From the human T2T-CHM13v2.0 reference genome, Homo sapiens, in NCBI RefSeq assembly GCF_009914755.1, contig NC_060931.1: DNA of 64,000 bases, one strand, 5' to 3'. Shown here piece by piece: positions 1 to 13,642 of this stretch (position 1 is its first letter; each line of letters begins with the position of its first letter). The notes under the pieces are model-generated. The model worked only from the letters and a program-made list of their open reading frames with translations, did no database searches and was not told the DNA's origin. The position numbers and the translations under genes are program-made.

Positions 1-3000
1 TTCCTGCATGTGGGAGTGCGCCCGTGAATAAGCCATTCTCTGGCCTTCCAGAGAGTAGTCCCCAGAACAGCCTGCTCCTCTCACGTGCCAGGCACACTGC
101 ACTCCAGCGGCGCTCCCTGCATCCCGGCACCTCCAGCCTTGGCTCTCTGAGGGATACCAGGCTCTGCTGAAGGTTTGCGGTGATTCGCAGGGCAATGATA
201 ACAGTTCTGGGGCTGGAATCCCACCTCTGCCTGCTGCCTCCGGGGCTAGCCGCTGGCAAAGGCCTTTCTCTACAGACATTTGGACACTTGGGTGCAAATG
301 TCACCCACCTCAGGCTCCATTAGGTTTGTCCAGGGAAGCCCAGTGAGGTGGCAAGTCACAGGAAAGCACTCACTTCTTGACCACAAGAAAAGCACCAGGA
401 TACCTAGGTCCTCAGCGCAGCTCAGTCACCCACAGCCGTGTGGCTAACCCAGCCTGTGCCTTAGGTTCTTTATCTAACAGGAGGGGTTAGTCTGGTGCTT
501 TTTTAAACTATGTTTGTAATGAAAACAAAATCTGATTTTTTTTACCCAAATAAGCTTTATTTTCAAGCTCACTGTGTGAAGCAGATGCAGCGGAATGACT
601 TTGATTAGAGCGGCAGAGGTGGGAGGGAGAGGCCCCTGCTGCCCCCCTCCCCAGCCTGCCAATCCAGCACCAACCCCTGCTCTCCAGCCACTGTCCCTGA
701 GACCCCCCTTTGGAGAAGCCCCAGCTCTGCATACACAGCTTAAAAACCTCGGGACCAGATGATCGCCGAGGGCCTTCCTGTTCTGGGGTTCACATTCAGC
801 TTTGCCAAAGAATCCTCTGATGCCATTTCAGGGCAATCTGTTACCACTTTGGGCAATTGAAAACATGTCCTGGTAGCAAAAAGAGACAGCTGAGTCTCCA
901 GGACCAACTGCAGTTCAGCTGGAGAGAAGCAGAGTGGTGGGCTGGGAAAACCCAGCCAGTTCTTTACAAATACAGCATGTGTATGTGTACATTCGTGGTG
1001 GTGTGATAGTGTGTGTGCGGATGGGAGAGATTGGTGACACTGTATGGCCGGGTGTGAGATGACATGGGTGTTGGTGGTTGTGTTGGAGATTGTGTGAAGG
1101 GTGACTTGATTGTGTACATGTGCATGTGATTGTGATGTGTGATGGAGAGGGCATAGTCGTTCCTCCCTCCTGGTGAGGGTTCTCTGACTCATGCCTGGGC
1201 ACTGGAGGCTTCTCTTCTTTGGCCCTTGCACCAAAGTCAGTGCCTCCTGTCTGTTGGCCATTCCTAACCCAGACCAGAGCCAGGGTGAGGACATCATGGA
1301 CAGATGTAAACCTAGCCGAGTGCTGCCGACCACTGCCTGCCTGGCCACTTCATTGTCAGAGGCCCCAAGAAGAGTCGAGAAACAGACCTTTGAGGTTTGT
1401 TTATCCCAGGCTGTGCAAAGCCTTGTGAAGGTTTTTTTTCCACTTGATTTCAAGCCGTTTATTTTCTTTTCTAAGATCTCGAATTGCTTCCGGTAAATCT
1501 CATGCAGGATTTCATGCTTGCCAAGCTTTGCTGCTTTTCAAACCACATGGCTAGAACTTTCCCCAGGGAGCTCTCACAAGCCCCAAGGATGCTCAGGGTC
1601 CTGGGGTCAGGACCAGCTCTGAACCAGACCTGGGCAGCACTGAGCATGGGCTGCTCTGGTGCCTCAGTGGAGCACAGACCTGGCCAGGTCATTGAGGCCC
1701 TGAGAAGGTCCAGTGGGGGTGAAAACCTTTTCATGCAGTAGATTCTTGGCCTTCATTACAGCAGCAAGTTCAGCTGCCCAAAGGCAGTCTTGAAAGTCCG
1801 GAAGAGGTGGTAGCTTCTCATTTGCTGAAACAGTTTTAGAACAGCACAAGCTAGGTGCTGAGGGTGAGGGATGACGCTGGGCAGGACCCACGCCATGTCA
1901 CTCTGTGGCTCTTTGTAACTCTCCTCAAGAGATTAAAAGCAATGGCAGCAACAAAATAGTTGATTCCTTTGTGCAAATAGTCCTGAAACAAAAGCCAACT
2001 GTGAGTGTTGGTTGGAAAGACAGTGACAGAAGCTCAATTCCCAGCCAGTGTAAGCAGAAACAAAGCTACTGACTGATTCCTATCAGAAGCCCAGGCTTTA
2101 AGAGGGGCTGGATCCAGGAACCCAGACATTGTCTTTGGGAATTGGTGTCTGTTCTTTTGTCTCTTCACTTTTGGCTCCTCTGTCCCAGCTGCATTCTCAG
2201 GAAGGTCCTTCTGCACGGTGGGCTCAAGGGAGCCCTTCTCCAGCAGCTCCTCAGCCTGCTGGGTGCTGGGTGCCATTCCTGGTGTGATTGCCGTGGCCAG
2301 GCCTGGGCTGCACCATCACATATATATGGACATGGGGTATCCCCAAAAGGCAGTCACTGCCCAGAGAAGGCCACCACATCTGCTAGCAAAGGGATAGGGC
2401 AGAGTCAGGAAACAGGTATCTGAGAACAGGAGAGCAGATGTGGGTTTGGGGTGGGCTGAGCCTTCATGGAGGCCCCCAGGCTCCTCTCAGTAATGGAGAA
2501 AAGAGATCACCAAGCTTTCTGTTCCAGCAATTGTGGGCAGTGCTCACCCCGTCAGAGACCCTCTGGGGGGAATCACGGGGGTGGGTGGTTCGTGGGGTGA
2601 GATGTGAACAGGGGCTGTTCCCCTTGAGAATCACGGGCTCTTGGAGGTTTAAGTGTGCTGTTCTGAACGGGAGGGGTCCATGGGATGCTCGTCAGCTTAC
2701 CTGGGACTCTGCTGAGCCTCTGCCAGCCCAGAATAATGAATAATGAGGTGTGAACAGAGCCACCCAGACCAGGAGCCTGACCCATGGGCTCCCGTCTCTG
2801 CACCGACACCTGGCTTTGTGGCTCACTTGCCCTCTCTCACCTGAATCTTCCCCCAGGTCACATGTGAGGCAGGGTGGGTTGGGTAAGTGTCCTTCCTACC
2901 CAGCATGCTAAGACCTTTTGAAGCTTAGCTGGGAAACAGGAGAAGAGGAACTTCCTCAATAAACTCCAGCCGAACTTTGACACTGATTCAGATTAGGGCA

Positions 3001-6000
3001 GAGGCCCCACTAATGAAGATTTTCAGCAATGTCTCAAGAGACCAAGGTGACAATGGAAGGTGGACCCACGGGGGCATGGATGCCAGTGTCATGGAAATAG
3101 TGGGCCCACCACTGAGACTCCACTTCCTTCCACTGACTCTGTCTCTCTCCCTGGTCCCGTCCCTGGGAGCCACCTGCTCCTTTGTCCCCAGGCCCCTTTA
3201 CAGGGAACCAAATTCTGTCCTGTAGATCTCTGCCTCGCTTCCTCTGGAGACCCTGTGCAGACACCTGAATCTGGAGGCTTAGCCTCAGCGGGAGCTGGAG
3301 GTGGAGGAGAGAGGGAAAGGGCCCTTGCTGCCATCTTAGGCCTTTGTTGTCTTGTGGCAACCCAAGGGATGGGCCCACAGGCTGGAACCCTTTTCTCATT
3401 TACAGGTGTGGGAACTTTGAGAAGTGAGGGGTCAGTTAATGGCACAGTTGGCAGCATCACCTGAGGCTCCTGGCTCTCAATCGAAGACCCTGTGCCTGCA
3501 TCGTCTTCCCTGGACTGTGGGAGGGGTAACAGGAGCTGCTCAGCTGTGTCTGCTGACTTAGAAAGAGAGGTGGCAAATGAGGCCCTAGATAGGCCCATAC
3601 CAGCTGGGTGCTTGACTACCTGCTGTCCTCTCGCAGTGCAGCTGGCATGGGCTGGGCTAAAGCAAGCCAACTGTGCCTGGGCCAGACCCCTAAGCTGCTG
3701 AGATGGCAAGTCACAGCCACTGAGCTGTGAGGACAGTCATTCTGTCATGGACACCAAGCCTGAGAGCTGGGTGGGAGGGGTCCACCTGGTACAGCTGAGA
3801 AGGGGGGCCACACCCAGGCCACTGAAGAGCTGGGAGGTCTCAAGACCCTCGGTCCTGTGTGCATCTCCTGCCCCTATCCACTCACCCAGGGACCTTACAT
3901 GTTCATGCAGGGCCAGGTGCGCAGAGAAAGAGGACAGGCCTCAGAAGGAGGGAGAGGTAATTAACCTGCTGAAAGGGTCTCCTGTGCCAGACCAGCCTCA
4001 ACTGTGTGGGTGGGGTGCTCACTTCCACCTGCCTCTTCCAGCTCCTGGAAGCTGTTCACCAGGGCCTTTCTCACATGCAGTGTCACCTGGGGTAGGTGTG
4101 GGTAGGCTCATGTCATTTAGGGGCACAGTTGCTGTGCACCTGCGGGGTCTGGAGACCAGTTCTAGCCCTCAAAGTCCTTGCCACCTGGAGAGGCAAGACC
4201 AGTGTGTGAAAAGCAGTTGGTGGGTACCCTTAGGAAGCGGAGGAGAGATGGGGCATTTCTGTCCCTGGGTTGAGTGAGATTTTAGAGGAGGTGACATTTA
4301 GCAGGGCTCTGAGGGATAAGTGGGAAGGGTTTTGGCAGGCAGCAAGAACAAAGCAGGCAAAGGCCACTGGTGGGGGTTTGCAGGGATCAGTTGCAGAGGG
4401 TCTAGTTGGGAGGGAAGGAGCTGGACATGGTGGGTGGGAAGAGGTGGGTGGCAGAAGGCAGCTTGGGAAGGGCTTTGGCCAGCTGCTGATGAGCCTGGGC
4501 CCCTGCTTTCCCTTCTTCCTCCTTGCAGGTCCCTCTTTTTCCGTCCTGCGGAGCCTTCCACCAACTCTCCCCCTGCCTCCTGGGCTCCCATCCTAGCCCT
4601 CTCCTCTTACTGCTTTGAGAATGGAAACAATTTTGACCCTCTAGCCTGTGGGGCACTCTGCAGTTTGCAAGACCTGATATGGTCTAGTCCCTTATTGCAA
4701 CAGCCCTTTGAGGTAATTATTGTTATCCCTGTCAGGATGACACACTGGAGGCTCAGAAATGGAAAGCGATTTACCAAAGGTCACGCAGTGCAGGTGGCAG
4801 AAGGGGCCTGACACCCATTGGTTCTGACTCATCGTCTACTCCCTCTTGGCCATCCTGGGAAAACAGTTGATATCCGCTGTATCCAAATCCTCTTCAGATA
4901 TTCACAGCTCCATTTCAACTGCTCGGAGGTCTCGGTTTAATCTGGGTTCTTGGCCGTGATATGAGTGGTTGAGATGGCAGGAATCATGACCTCTTGGTTA
5001 TTGTTTTTTGTTTTGTTTTGTTTTTTGTTATTCTGGTTGTTATAGTAGGAAAAAGGAAGTGACATTTACCGAATGCCAAATGCTTTATATAGTTCATCTC
5101 ATTCAGTTCTCACAGCAGTCTTTAATAGAAGGAGGCATCATTGTACCTGTATTGCAAATGGGGAGACTGAGGCTCAGAGAGGGAAATAACTGATAAGTGG
5201 CAGTAATTGGATTTGACCAGGGCCCTCTGACTTTAGAGCCCAAGTTCTCTTGGTTGTACCACAGCTGCCCTTACACTATTGATGTTGTCCTTAAAAGTCA
5301 ATATAAACCCCACGAAAGGGCTGTTATCTCTGGAGGTCACTGCTGGTGGGTGGGGGAAGTGTGGTCAAGGGTCAGTTTCTGAGAGTGGCAAGCAGGAGCT
5401 GGCCTGGTAGGACAGGGATCCTCCAGGGCCTGGTGCCCTAGTGGTCAGGTGGAGGGGGGATAGCTGGTTGGGTCTCCCCAGGGTAAGTACTGCCTGCTTC
5501 AGGCTTGGTGTTTTCAATAGAGTCATGGACCAGGCACACTTGTGCACATCCTAGGAGGCCCCTAGAGATTTCTTGCTCCAGTCCTCTGGCTTTCTAAGTG
5601 AAGACACAAGCTGAGAGAGAGGTCAGGACATGCCTGAGGTCACTCACCCAGTCAGGGGCCGAGTGGACGCTGGTGTTAGGTGAATGGCTGTGACTGTAGG
5701 CTGGGACCTGGTCTCTAGGCCACTTGGACTTACTTTCCTTCTTATTCAGAAACTTTTATACCACATGCCCAGATTCACACAGGGAGGCTTTTAGATGAAG
5801 GGACAAGCTGTGCCTGAGCCAGCAATGGTGGGGGCTAGGGGTAGGGCTTTGGGACTCTAGGGCTTGCTTGGAGCTGGCTGACCTGGCTGATCATCCCATA
5901 TTTCAGGCCACAGCAGACACTGTGATGTTGGTACTAGGGACAGAGTCCTAGTCCTGCCTACTCTGTGTGACCACAAAACCACGAGTCCTTTTTACTGACT

Positions 6001-7075
6001 GGACCTCAGTTTCCCCATCAGTAAAACAGAGATGGTGGTCTTACCCTCCTGGCCTTACAAGGCTTTTGAGAGAAAGATGCATTTGAAGGTGCCTGAGACT
6101 ATGCAGATTCGAAGCCCATGCATTGTGCAGCCTGCTCAGTGGCAGAGCCTCTTCCCCTTCCGGGATGTATGGACAGAGGGCAGGTGGAGAAGGGAAGCAG
6201 AGAGCCCTGAGTCTGGGCTGACATCTGTCACTAACTCAGGGCCAGTTCTGTACTCTCTCTGGGCATTCATCTGACCTTCTGCAAAATTCTGAGCCTTGCA
6301 AACTCTCCCAGCCCTGATATCCCCTTTGTTCTGTTTCTTGATACAGCGTAGTATCTCAGGGACCTTCTGATGGTGGACAGAGTTGGGAGGTTTGGTCCTT
6401 GCTGGCATCCTGGGCAAAGCTCTCTATTCCTCCTTCTCTGTCTTTGGGTGATACAGGCATCCCTGGAGGCTGGGTCATCCAAGCATCCCTGGAGGCTGGG
6501 TCATCACCCCAGACCTTTGGTTCAGGGTTCTGACCCTTCGCTGCCAGAATGCTGCAGAGGTTGGTGTCAGGGCAGCCAGGGCAGCCAGGGCCAAGCCTAT
6601 TCTGTGAGTTTTCACCCCCTGGTCAAGCCCATCTCTCCTTTGTGCTTATTGGATTGAAATCCCAGCAAGCTCTGCTCCCTGGAGGGGCCCCCAGTGCAGG
6701 ACAGCTTCCATTTTGTGTGGTTCTGGGCCCTCCTGGCTCCTGTCATCCAGCTTGGTGCCTGGTTCCTCAGGCTGTGCAGAATTCTCTGAGGGCCCAGGGT
6801 CATCCAGCCCCCAGGAGGACATGGAGGAGACAGCTGCTCATTAGACTGGATGGTTAAGTCAGTCTTTGGTAAGGGACAGTCACAGCTGTGGCTCAGGTGG
6901 CCCCTGCTCCTAGGATGCTGCATGTTCTTGGAGATCCAGGGGCTGATAGAGGAGGAGAAGGATGGGACAAGCCTCCACACTGCCTTCAGCCCGTATGTTT
7001 CATGTAATGGGCTTCTGCCTGTAGTATTGCATTTGAAGAAAGGGCTCTGAATCTAAAAAGATGTTGGAGGCTACT

Positions 7076-7441
7076 TGTGTTGGTTTCTAGGGCTGCCATA
7101 ATGACAGACATTCGTGTCTTACAGCCCTGGAGGTGAGAAGTCCAAGATCAAGGTGCCAGAGGGTTGGTACCTTGTCAGACCTCTCTCCCGGGCTCGCAGG
7201 TGGCCACTTTCTCACTGAGTCCTCACTTCATCTTTTCCTTGTGAGTGTGCATCTTTGGTGTCCCTCTATGTGTCCAGATTTCCTCTTCTTCCAAGTCAGA
7301 TTGCATTAGGGCCTACCCTAATGGCCTCATTTTAAGTTAGTCACCCCTTGAAAGGCTCTATTTCCAAATACACATTCTCAGGTGCTGGAGGTTAGGACTT
7401 CAACATATGAATTTTAAGGGGACGCAGTTCATGCCATTACA
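7076..7441 (-). mobile_element. MaLR solo LTR (MLT1-like)
   Basis: Characteristic segments ctagggctgccataa, gaagtccaagatcaaggtg and ggttaggacttcaacatatgaattt; TG...CA ends. Confidence 0.8.
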
Positions 7442-8550
7442 CCTCTCATCTTCTCCAGGCCCCTCGTGCTGCAGGAGGGGAGACCGAGGCCACACAGCAG
7501 GCTGGAACTAAGCCATATGGATTGCCTTCTCTCTGGGGCAGTGCTGAGGCTGTTGTTCCTCTGCTCAAGGACTCCTCACACTCAGCTCTCCAGAGAATTC
7601 CCCTATTCCCCTAGAGGGAGGTCTGGGCATCTAGGTTTGTAGATTTGCCAAAGTTATAAATCTCTTAAACCATAAGCCACTCCTTGGCATCTCTCTCTCT
7701 CTCGAATGCCCTGATATGAAATGCAGATGTTCCTCCCTTTTAAGATCTCAGTGCACTGCTGAATTTCCCATCGTGTTTGCACCTAAGGATGCAATTACCA
7801 TTTCCTCCCATTGTCCTTTCTGCCTGTCCCCCTGCTCCCAGCTGACGCAGGCTCTCGAGCCCGCTGGGTGAACACGAGGTAATGATCTTATGAAGATTGG
7901 ACTGCTTCTAAAAGCTCCAGGTGGCATAGGGCCAGTGATGCTTATCGGCCCCCCCTCAGGACCCTTTTGAGGTTATTTTCTTCTCTTCAGAAGATGCTTG
8001 TATATGCTGCAGAGAGCATTTCCATCAATTCTTCTGCCTGAGCTAGCGCCAGCGAAGCGCTATGCTCTGCCATGAGTCACTCCCAGCTGGCTCCTTCCCA
8101 GGCCTGCTGGGCTGTCTGTGGTGGGTGAGCCTCAACCACCCTTCCCAGAAGACCCCCAAGCCTTAGTGGTTCTCTGCAAGCTCCTGCAAGGGTAACCCCA
8201 GCTCATCTTCTCATGTGGACCATAAACCTTCCGTGTTTGGCCATGGTTATTAAAAACCACAAGCAAGTGTTTTCCCCAAGTATTGTGGAGCTGGAATTGC
8301 TAAACTTGTTTTGGAAGCAGACAGAGACTCAGGCATGTATTTTAGGCTTGTGGGCTTATGGCAGATCTTAGATTTAAAGCATACATTGAGACCAAGTTTA
8401 TCTTCTCCTCTACTGAAAGGAAAAAATAAATGCTCTGATTGCTAAGCCCTTCCTACCCCTGGGTCTCCTCTCTAAATGTTATACCTGGCCTCTCTCTTTG
8501 GGGTGTGGTTGAAGGAAGGGGGCCAGGCTCTGAACACAGTGCTGGGTGGC

Positions 8551-8803
8551 TGTGTGTGCCCCCCCAGGGCCATGTGTGCCCCCCAGGGTCGTGTGTGCCT
8601 CCCAGAGTCAAGTGTGCCTCTCAGGGTAATGTGTGCCCCCCAGGGTCCAGTGTGACCCCCAGGGCCGTGTGTGCCCCCAGGGTTGTGTGTACCCCCCTGG
8701 GTCGTGTGTACCCCCAAGGGCTGCATGTGACCGCCAGGTTCAGTTGTGACTCCCAGGGTCGTGTGTGCCCCCAGGGCTGTGTGTTCCCCCCAGGGTCATG
8801 TGC
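8551..8803. repeat. Degenerate minisatellite, about 13 copies of an 18-21 bp unit TGTGTGCCCCCAGGGTC
   Basis: Tandem units are directly visible and produce the periodic CPPGSCV-like ORFs in the track. Confidence 0.9.
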
Positions 8804-9890
8804 AGAAGTGGGGGGGACAGACCTGGGACCCAGGCTCCCTGGTCTCACGTTGCCCCCCAGAGCCAGCTTCTCTGTGCTTCTTCCCACATCTATAAAATAG
8901 AGACAGGAATTCCTACTTCATTCGGGTCTGGGGGTTGCAATTGCCACCTGCTGAGCACAGTGAGTAGATAGCAGCTCCTTCCCTGTGTGCTCCTTACAGG
9001 GCTCTGTTCAACAGAGTTTTCATCTCTCAGAGGGAGTTACATTGGGGTGGCTAAAAGGAACCATGTCCTAATGGCAGGCTTCCTAGCAGGACAGCAAGCC
9101 GGGAAGGAGGATGGAGACTTGGGAGGGTTTTCTGCCTCACGTGTGGCACACCTCTGCTCACCGGGATACTGAATTGTTCTGGTTCCTAGCGGTGCTCAGC
9201 CCATTTCTTTCAGTTTGGGGAATGTCTTCAGCAAAGTAGGTTTTCACCTTGCATCTTTTGAAGGACTCCATTCTGAGGGTGGAACCACAGTGGTACCAGG
9301 GGGTGGGGGCACAGGCCTCAGAGCTGGGCACCCTTGAGCAAGACATCCCTTTTCTGAGGCTTGGTTTTCTCAAAGGGTTTTAGGGAATAATGTGCGTACA
9401 GTGCCTGGTGCAGGAGCAGGTGGTGGTGACTGTTACTCTATAACTCAAGGAAACATTAGAGTCCATTCCTCCCATTTTACAGGCTGGCAGACTGAGGCTC
9501 AGAGGTGGAAGAGGGTTCCTCAGTCTACACCATTGGTAGTGACAGTTGGGATGTGAATTCAGGACACTGGATTCCAAACCCAGGGTCCTCTCTACCGTGT
9601 CACGCTTCAGTCGCTGTTCTCTAGTGTAGGCAGAGCCCTGGTGCGGCTGGAGTGGAGGCCATTGCCCAGAGAATGCAGTGAGCTCTACTCTAGGAGGCCT
9701 GGGCTCTAGCCCCATCCCTTCTGGGTGGGAGCCTCCTCCGTGGAGGGCACAGAACAGAGCGCTCAGGTTCCCACCAAATCTGGAATTCTGGGTCTTAGCC
9801 TGGAACCTAAGGGGAGCGCCTGGTCACCTAGCGAGGTTTGCAACCTGGGTCAGGCAGAGCTGTGCTAACAATGCTTCTTGTGTTTTCCAG

Positions 9891-9954
9891 CATCCGCCAG
9901 GACTTTGATGTCCCCACCAGCCACCTGATTGGAGCACATGGCTACTGTACACAG
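9891..9954 (+). CDS. MINDY4: MINDY4 (FAM188B) internal coding exon, [21 protein letters not shown]
   Basis: Acceptor ttttccAG at 9889-90 and donor GTcagg at 9955. 64 nt = 1 nt + 21 codons, splicing in frame to the 13143 exon. The HGYCTQ|ELVNLLLTG motif is typical of MINDY3/4 deubiquitinases. Confidence 0.93.
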
Positions 9955-11129
9955 GTCAGGGGGCGCTGTGGGGCCCAGGTGGTCCTTCCCCCTCCTCTGT
10001 CCCTCAGAGAGGGAGAGGTCCTCCTCCCTCCTCTTGCCCCAGAAAAAGACAAGTCTTTCTTGCCTCTGCCAACACTCTTCAAGCAGCTTTCACGTGCCCA
10101 CCTCTGCTGGGTTTCACTGTCATGTCATGGAGACCCAGAAAGAGAGCTCAGTTTAGCTTCTGTTTCTGGACAGCTTTATGTGCACTGATGTATGTGCTCA
10201 GAGCTGCAGAGGATGCAAAAGAGGCTGAACTCAGACCAAAGTGCTACACAGCCCGGAGCCCAGGACACAGGGAGTGATGTCTCAGGCATGGGCCAGGGGA
10301 CCCTGGGTCCAGCTGGGGAGATGATGGCCCTGGCCTCTTCTATGTTTGCACAAGGTATTGTCTTTATAGCCACCCTTCCCTTTGCATCTTTACAGAGGGG
10401 CCCTCAATGGACCTCACAGGGGCAAAGAAGACCCTGAGCACAGTTGCTTGTCATCAGTCCTCTCAGTCACCCAGGTGACACCAGGGAAGGGACCTTTTCA
10501 AGATGTTACCTAGTGAGCATCAAAACTGGGAGCTCAGCTCTACACCTGGCTTCTATCCATGCCTTTCTCCCCATGATGAGGCCTCCCAGAGTGGCCACAC
10601 AGGCCACAGTGAAATCTGGCTCTCAGCACATGGGGGGCCACAATGCGTAGCATGGACGGGCTGGACAGAGCTGCACATCTTCTGGGCCCAACTGAGGACT
10701 CAGTTGTCCTGGGGGTCCTGGCTCACTTGCGCCCAGCTCTGGAAACCTACGTGGGCACCATACAAGGCAAGCTTGGGGCCTGTGGTTTGTCCAGGGCACC
10801 CACAGAGGGACCGTGGGGTTGGCTGCTGCCCACCACCCTAGAGGAAGGCCTCACGGGGAGTGGCTACTCTTCTGGCTGCCCGGGGTGGCCTCACTCTCAC
10901 TCCAGGCATCTGCCTGCCCCATGGGAGCTTTCCCTTTTCTGGGGCAGAGAAGGATGCTGCCCAGGTGTGGGCAGTCAAGCAGGGTGCAGAGGAACCCAGA
11001 TCAGAGTCTGGGGCTGGGTCCCAAGCCCTGTTCTCTGTTTCACTCACAATATGAGCTGGGGCAGTCTTTTTCCCCTCCTGTGTGTCAGTTTCCTCATTTG
11101 TACAAGAGGCATTTGGACTGGAACAGGGC

Positions 11130-11278
11130 TGCTTACACTTTGAATGAATCCCCTAGGGGTCTTGTTGAAGAGCAGGCTCAGATTCAGTGGGTCTGGGCTG
11201 GGGCCTAAGATTCTCAATTTCTATCAGGCTCCCCAGGGAGGGCGATTCTGCTGGTCCATGGACCACACTGAGTAGAAA
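11130..11278. mobile_element. MER5-family (hAT-Charlie) DNA transposon relic
   Basis: gattcagtgggtctggg...ggggcctaagattct...gctggtccatggaccacact matches the MER5 core. Confidence 0.7.
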
Positions 11279-12459
11279 GGGACTGCTAAGCTTTGCCATT
11301 GTGTGACTTTGGAGTCTAGGAGCAGGGAGAGGCCTGATGCCCCTTCTTCACCATCTCAAGAAGGCTTCCTGCTATGAGGAAGATTTTAGACACAGATCAG
11401 GGAGCAGGGGCTTTTATCCCTCTTGAAAAACCAGATGGGAAAACTCGAACTTGCCTGAAAAAGGCTGTGCCTTTCTCAGCAGCTGCTGCCCCTGACGTGC
11501 ATTATTTTACAGCAGACATTTCCTCCAAATTCTTGTGTCTCATTTCCTCTACAAGGACACAATAAGTCCCCTTTGGTATCTCCCTCCAGTGGGGGTCCCT
11601 CTGCGGCCATCAGAGGAGGCCTCTTTTACTGTCACTGGGGCAGGGGTATTGGTGTTAACTGAGGGATTTATTAACCCCCGATGTCATTTTAACGATTCAG
11701 GCGAAAACACCTCTATAAACTCTACCCTCCAGAGTTTACACTGGTCAAGGGCCGTTCTGGCCATTCCTACGTGCTCCACTGTGGGAGTGATGCCTGCCTT
11801 CTTGTGTCACAGGCAGCGCCAGCTGTGGCAGAAGGTGGATGAGACAGAGAGACCTGCCTGCCCTAGTGCTGGGGCTGGGCTCGCTCAAATTCCTCCTCAG
11901 TAGGCCCTTAGAGGCCACCCTTCATCTTGAATCTGTGCCCAGGCAGATAGTACCATGAAAGTAACAGGGTTGGGGGAAGAGGGAAGTCACATGGGACAGA
12001 GAGAACCAGATGTGGGTGGAAGCTCAGCTCTGGCCCTAATGGGCTGTGTGGCTTGAGTAACCCACCTGTGAGCCCCAGTTTCTCCATTCCTAAGAGGAGG
12101 TTGGATCCTTGGTTATCCTGCATAAGGAAGGGACCTTCCAGCCTTGTTGGTACACCAAAATGTGGGAGGCATGGGTTGCAGGTGACTGCTGGAGGAATGT
12201 TGCTCCACACGTCACTTTCTCCAAGTTCCAGGGTTGGCATGCTTGTTGGCTTGCCAGGTGTGTAGCTTGAGTCACAGGACCACCCAATGCCTCATGCCAC
12301 GTAGCAAGACAACAGCAGAAGCAGAGCTAGAACTCATACTTGGGCTTCCTACTCCCACCTCTCTGCTTCTGTTCTTGCTGCCTACTGAAGTACCTTCCTC
12401 GGCTTTCCCTGCCCTGTTAAAACCCCACCGTCACTAATGAAGTTCAAACAAGGCCTGGA

Positions 12460-12640
12460 GTTTAGTTATTGGTACTGCACCATGGTCAGTTTCCTGGTTG
12501 AGATAATGGGCTCTGGTTATGTAAGATGTTATCGTTGGGGGAAGCTGGGTGAAGGGTACACAGGAACTCTCTGTACTATTTTTACAACTTCTTTTGAATC
12601 TAAAATTATTTCAAAATAAAAAGGTTTCTTTAAAAAATAA
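12460..12640 (+). mobile_element. Old L1 (L1MC/ME-like) 3' end
   Basis: gggaagctgggtgaagggtacacaggaactctctgtactatttttacaactt...ctaaaattatttcaaaataaaaag is a typical L1M 3' terminus. Confidence 0.8.
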
Positions 12641-13142
12641 CATCGTTTAAGACTCACCCAAATGTCACTTCTCCTTAAAGCTGCCCTGACTCAGTCATGT
12701 GGCCTCGTGTTCATCTGGCTCCAGAATACTCCATGCACACATTTTTACAGCCCCAGCCACATCCTGCATTGAGTCAATGTGCAGACATGCACCTGACTCC
12801 ACAGTCTAGACCCAAAGCACATGTCAAGAGCCATGTCTCACCCTCTCACCAGTGCCCCCAGTAGCCTGCAGCATAGGACAGGGTCCTGTGAATGGTTGGT
12901 ACTCAAGGAGTGCTTGTGGAATAAAGGTGGATGGGTGCCTGGAGTTACCTTGATGAGAAAAGTTGGTGCCTTTCCCACAGGACTTGTGGGAGAATTGAAG
13001 TCACAGCCTCCTCTGCTCTCAGGCTCTCTCCCTCCTTGCTTTCCTTCCTTCTCCACCCTTTTTGTCTTTCCCCAGTCTCCTCTCCACTCTTTCAGTAACT
13101 GATTCAGACTTGATGAGTCTTTCCCCTTTCTCTCATCTGCAG

Positions 13143-13304
13143 GAACTTGTCAATCTGCTCCTGACTGGGAAAGCTGTGTCCAACGTTTTCAACGATGTGG
13201 TTGAGCTGGATTCTGGGGATGGGAACATCACACTTCTCAGAGGCATTGCTGCACGCAGTGATATTGGCTTCTTATCTCTCTTTGAGCATTACAACATGTG
13301 CCAG
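13143..13304 (+). CDS. MINDY4: MINDY4 internal coding exon, [18 protein letters not shown]...[14 protein letters not shown]
   Basis: Pyrimidine tract plus cAG at 13141-42 and donor GTaccc at 13305. 162 nt = 54 codons, phase 0/0. Conserved MINDY motifs LLLTGxAVSNVF and IGFLS. Confidence 0.95.
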
Positions 13305-13642
13305 GTACCCAGATGCTCACGTTCACCACAAGTAGGGGAGCCTGACTCTCTGGAGCAATGAGGAGGGAAGTGGGGAAGGAAAGCTGGACTCCACTTCTCA
13401 GAGCTGGCTGAAATTCGGGTCCAGTTAGAATCACAGAGGGCTTGGGAAGAAGTACAGCTTCTCTGCTGTGGCTACAGGCCTATAATTCAGACCCAAAGCC
13501 AGCTGATACCGTGTTCTGGGGAAGATGGTTTGAAAAGGACTTCGAGGGATTTCTGCCGTGATTGTGGGTCACAGTGGCTGCAGCTGGTGTCTGTGTGGTG
13601 GGGGAGCCTTCTCAAGGGACAGGAACTTGAGGTCTTAGGCCT

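Noticed and set aside
740-1453. 237-aa minus-strand His/Thr-rich ORF
   Set aside because: It is driven by a (TG)n-rich low-complexity tract and shows no homology or splice logic.
8439-8900. Cys/Pro periodic ORF resembling a keratin-associated or metallothionein-like protein, or a CRISPR-like array
   Set aside because: It is the translation of a degenerate minisatellite with variable unit length and no unique spacers, in a eukaryotic intron.
12615-12620. L1-derived sense AATAAA as an intronic poly(A) site truncating MINDY4
   Set aside because: Such hexamers are common in old L1 tails, there is no clear GU-rich downstream element, and nothing else supports it.
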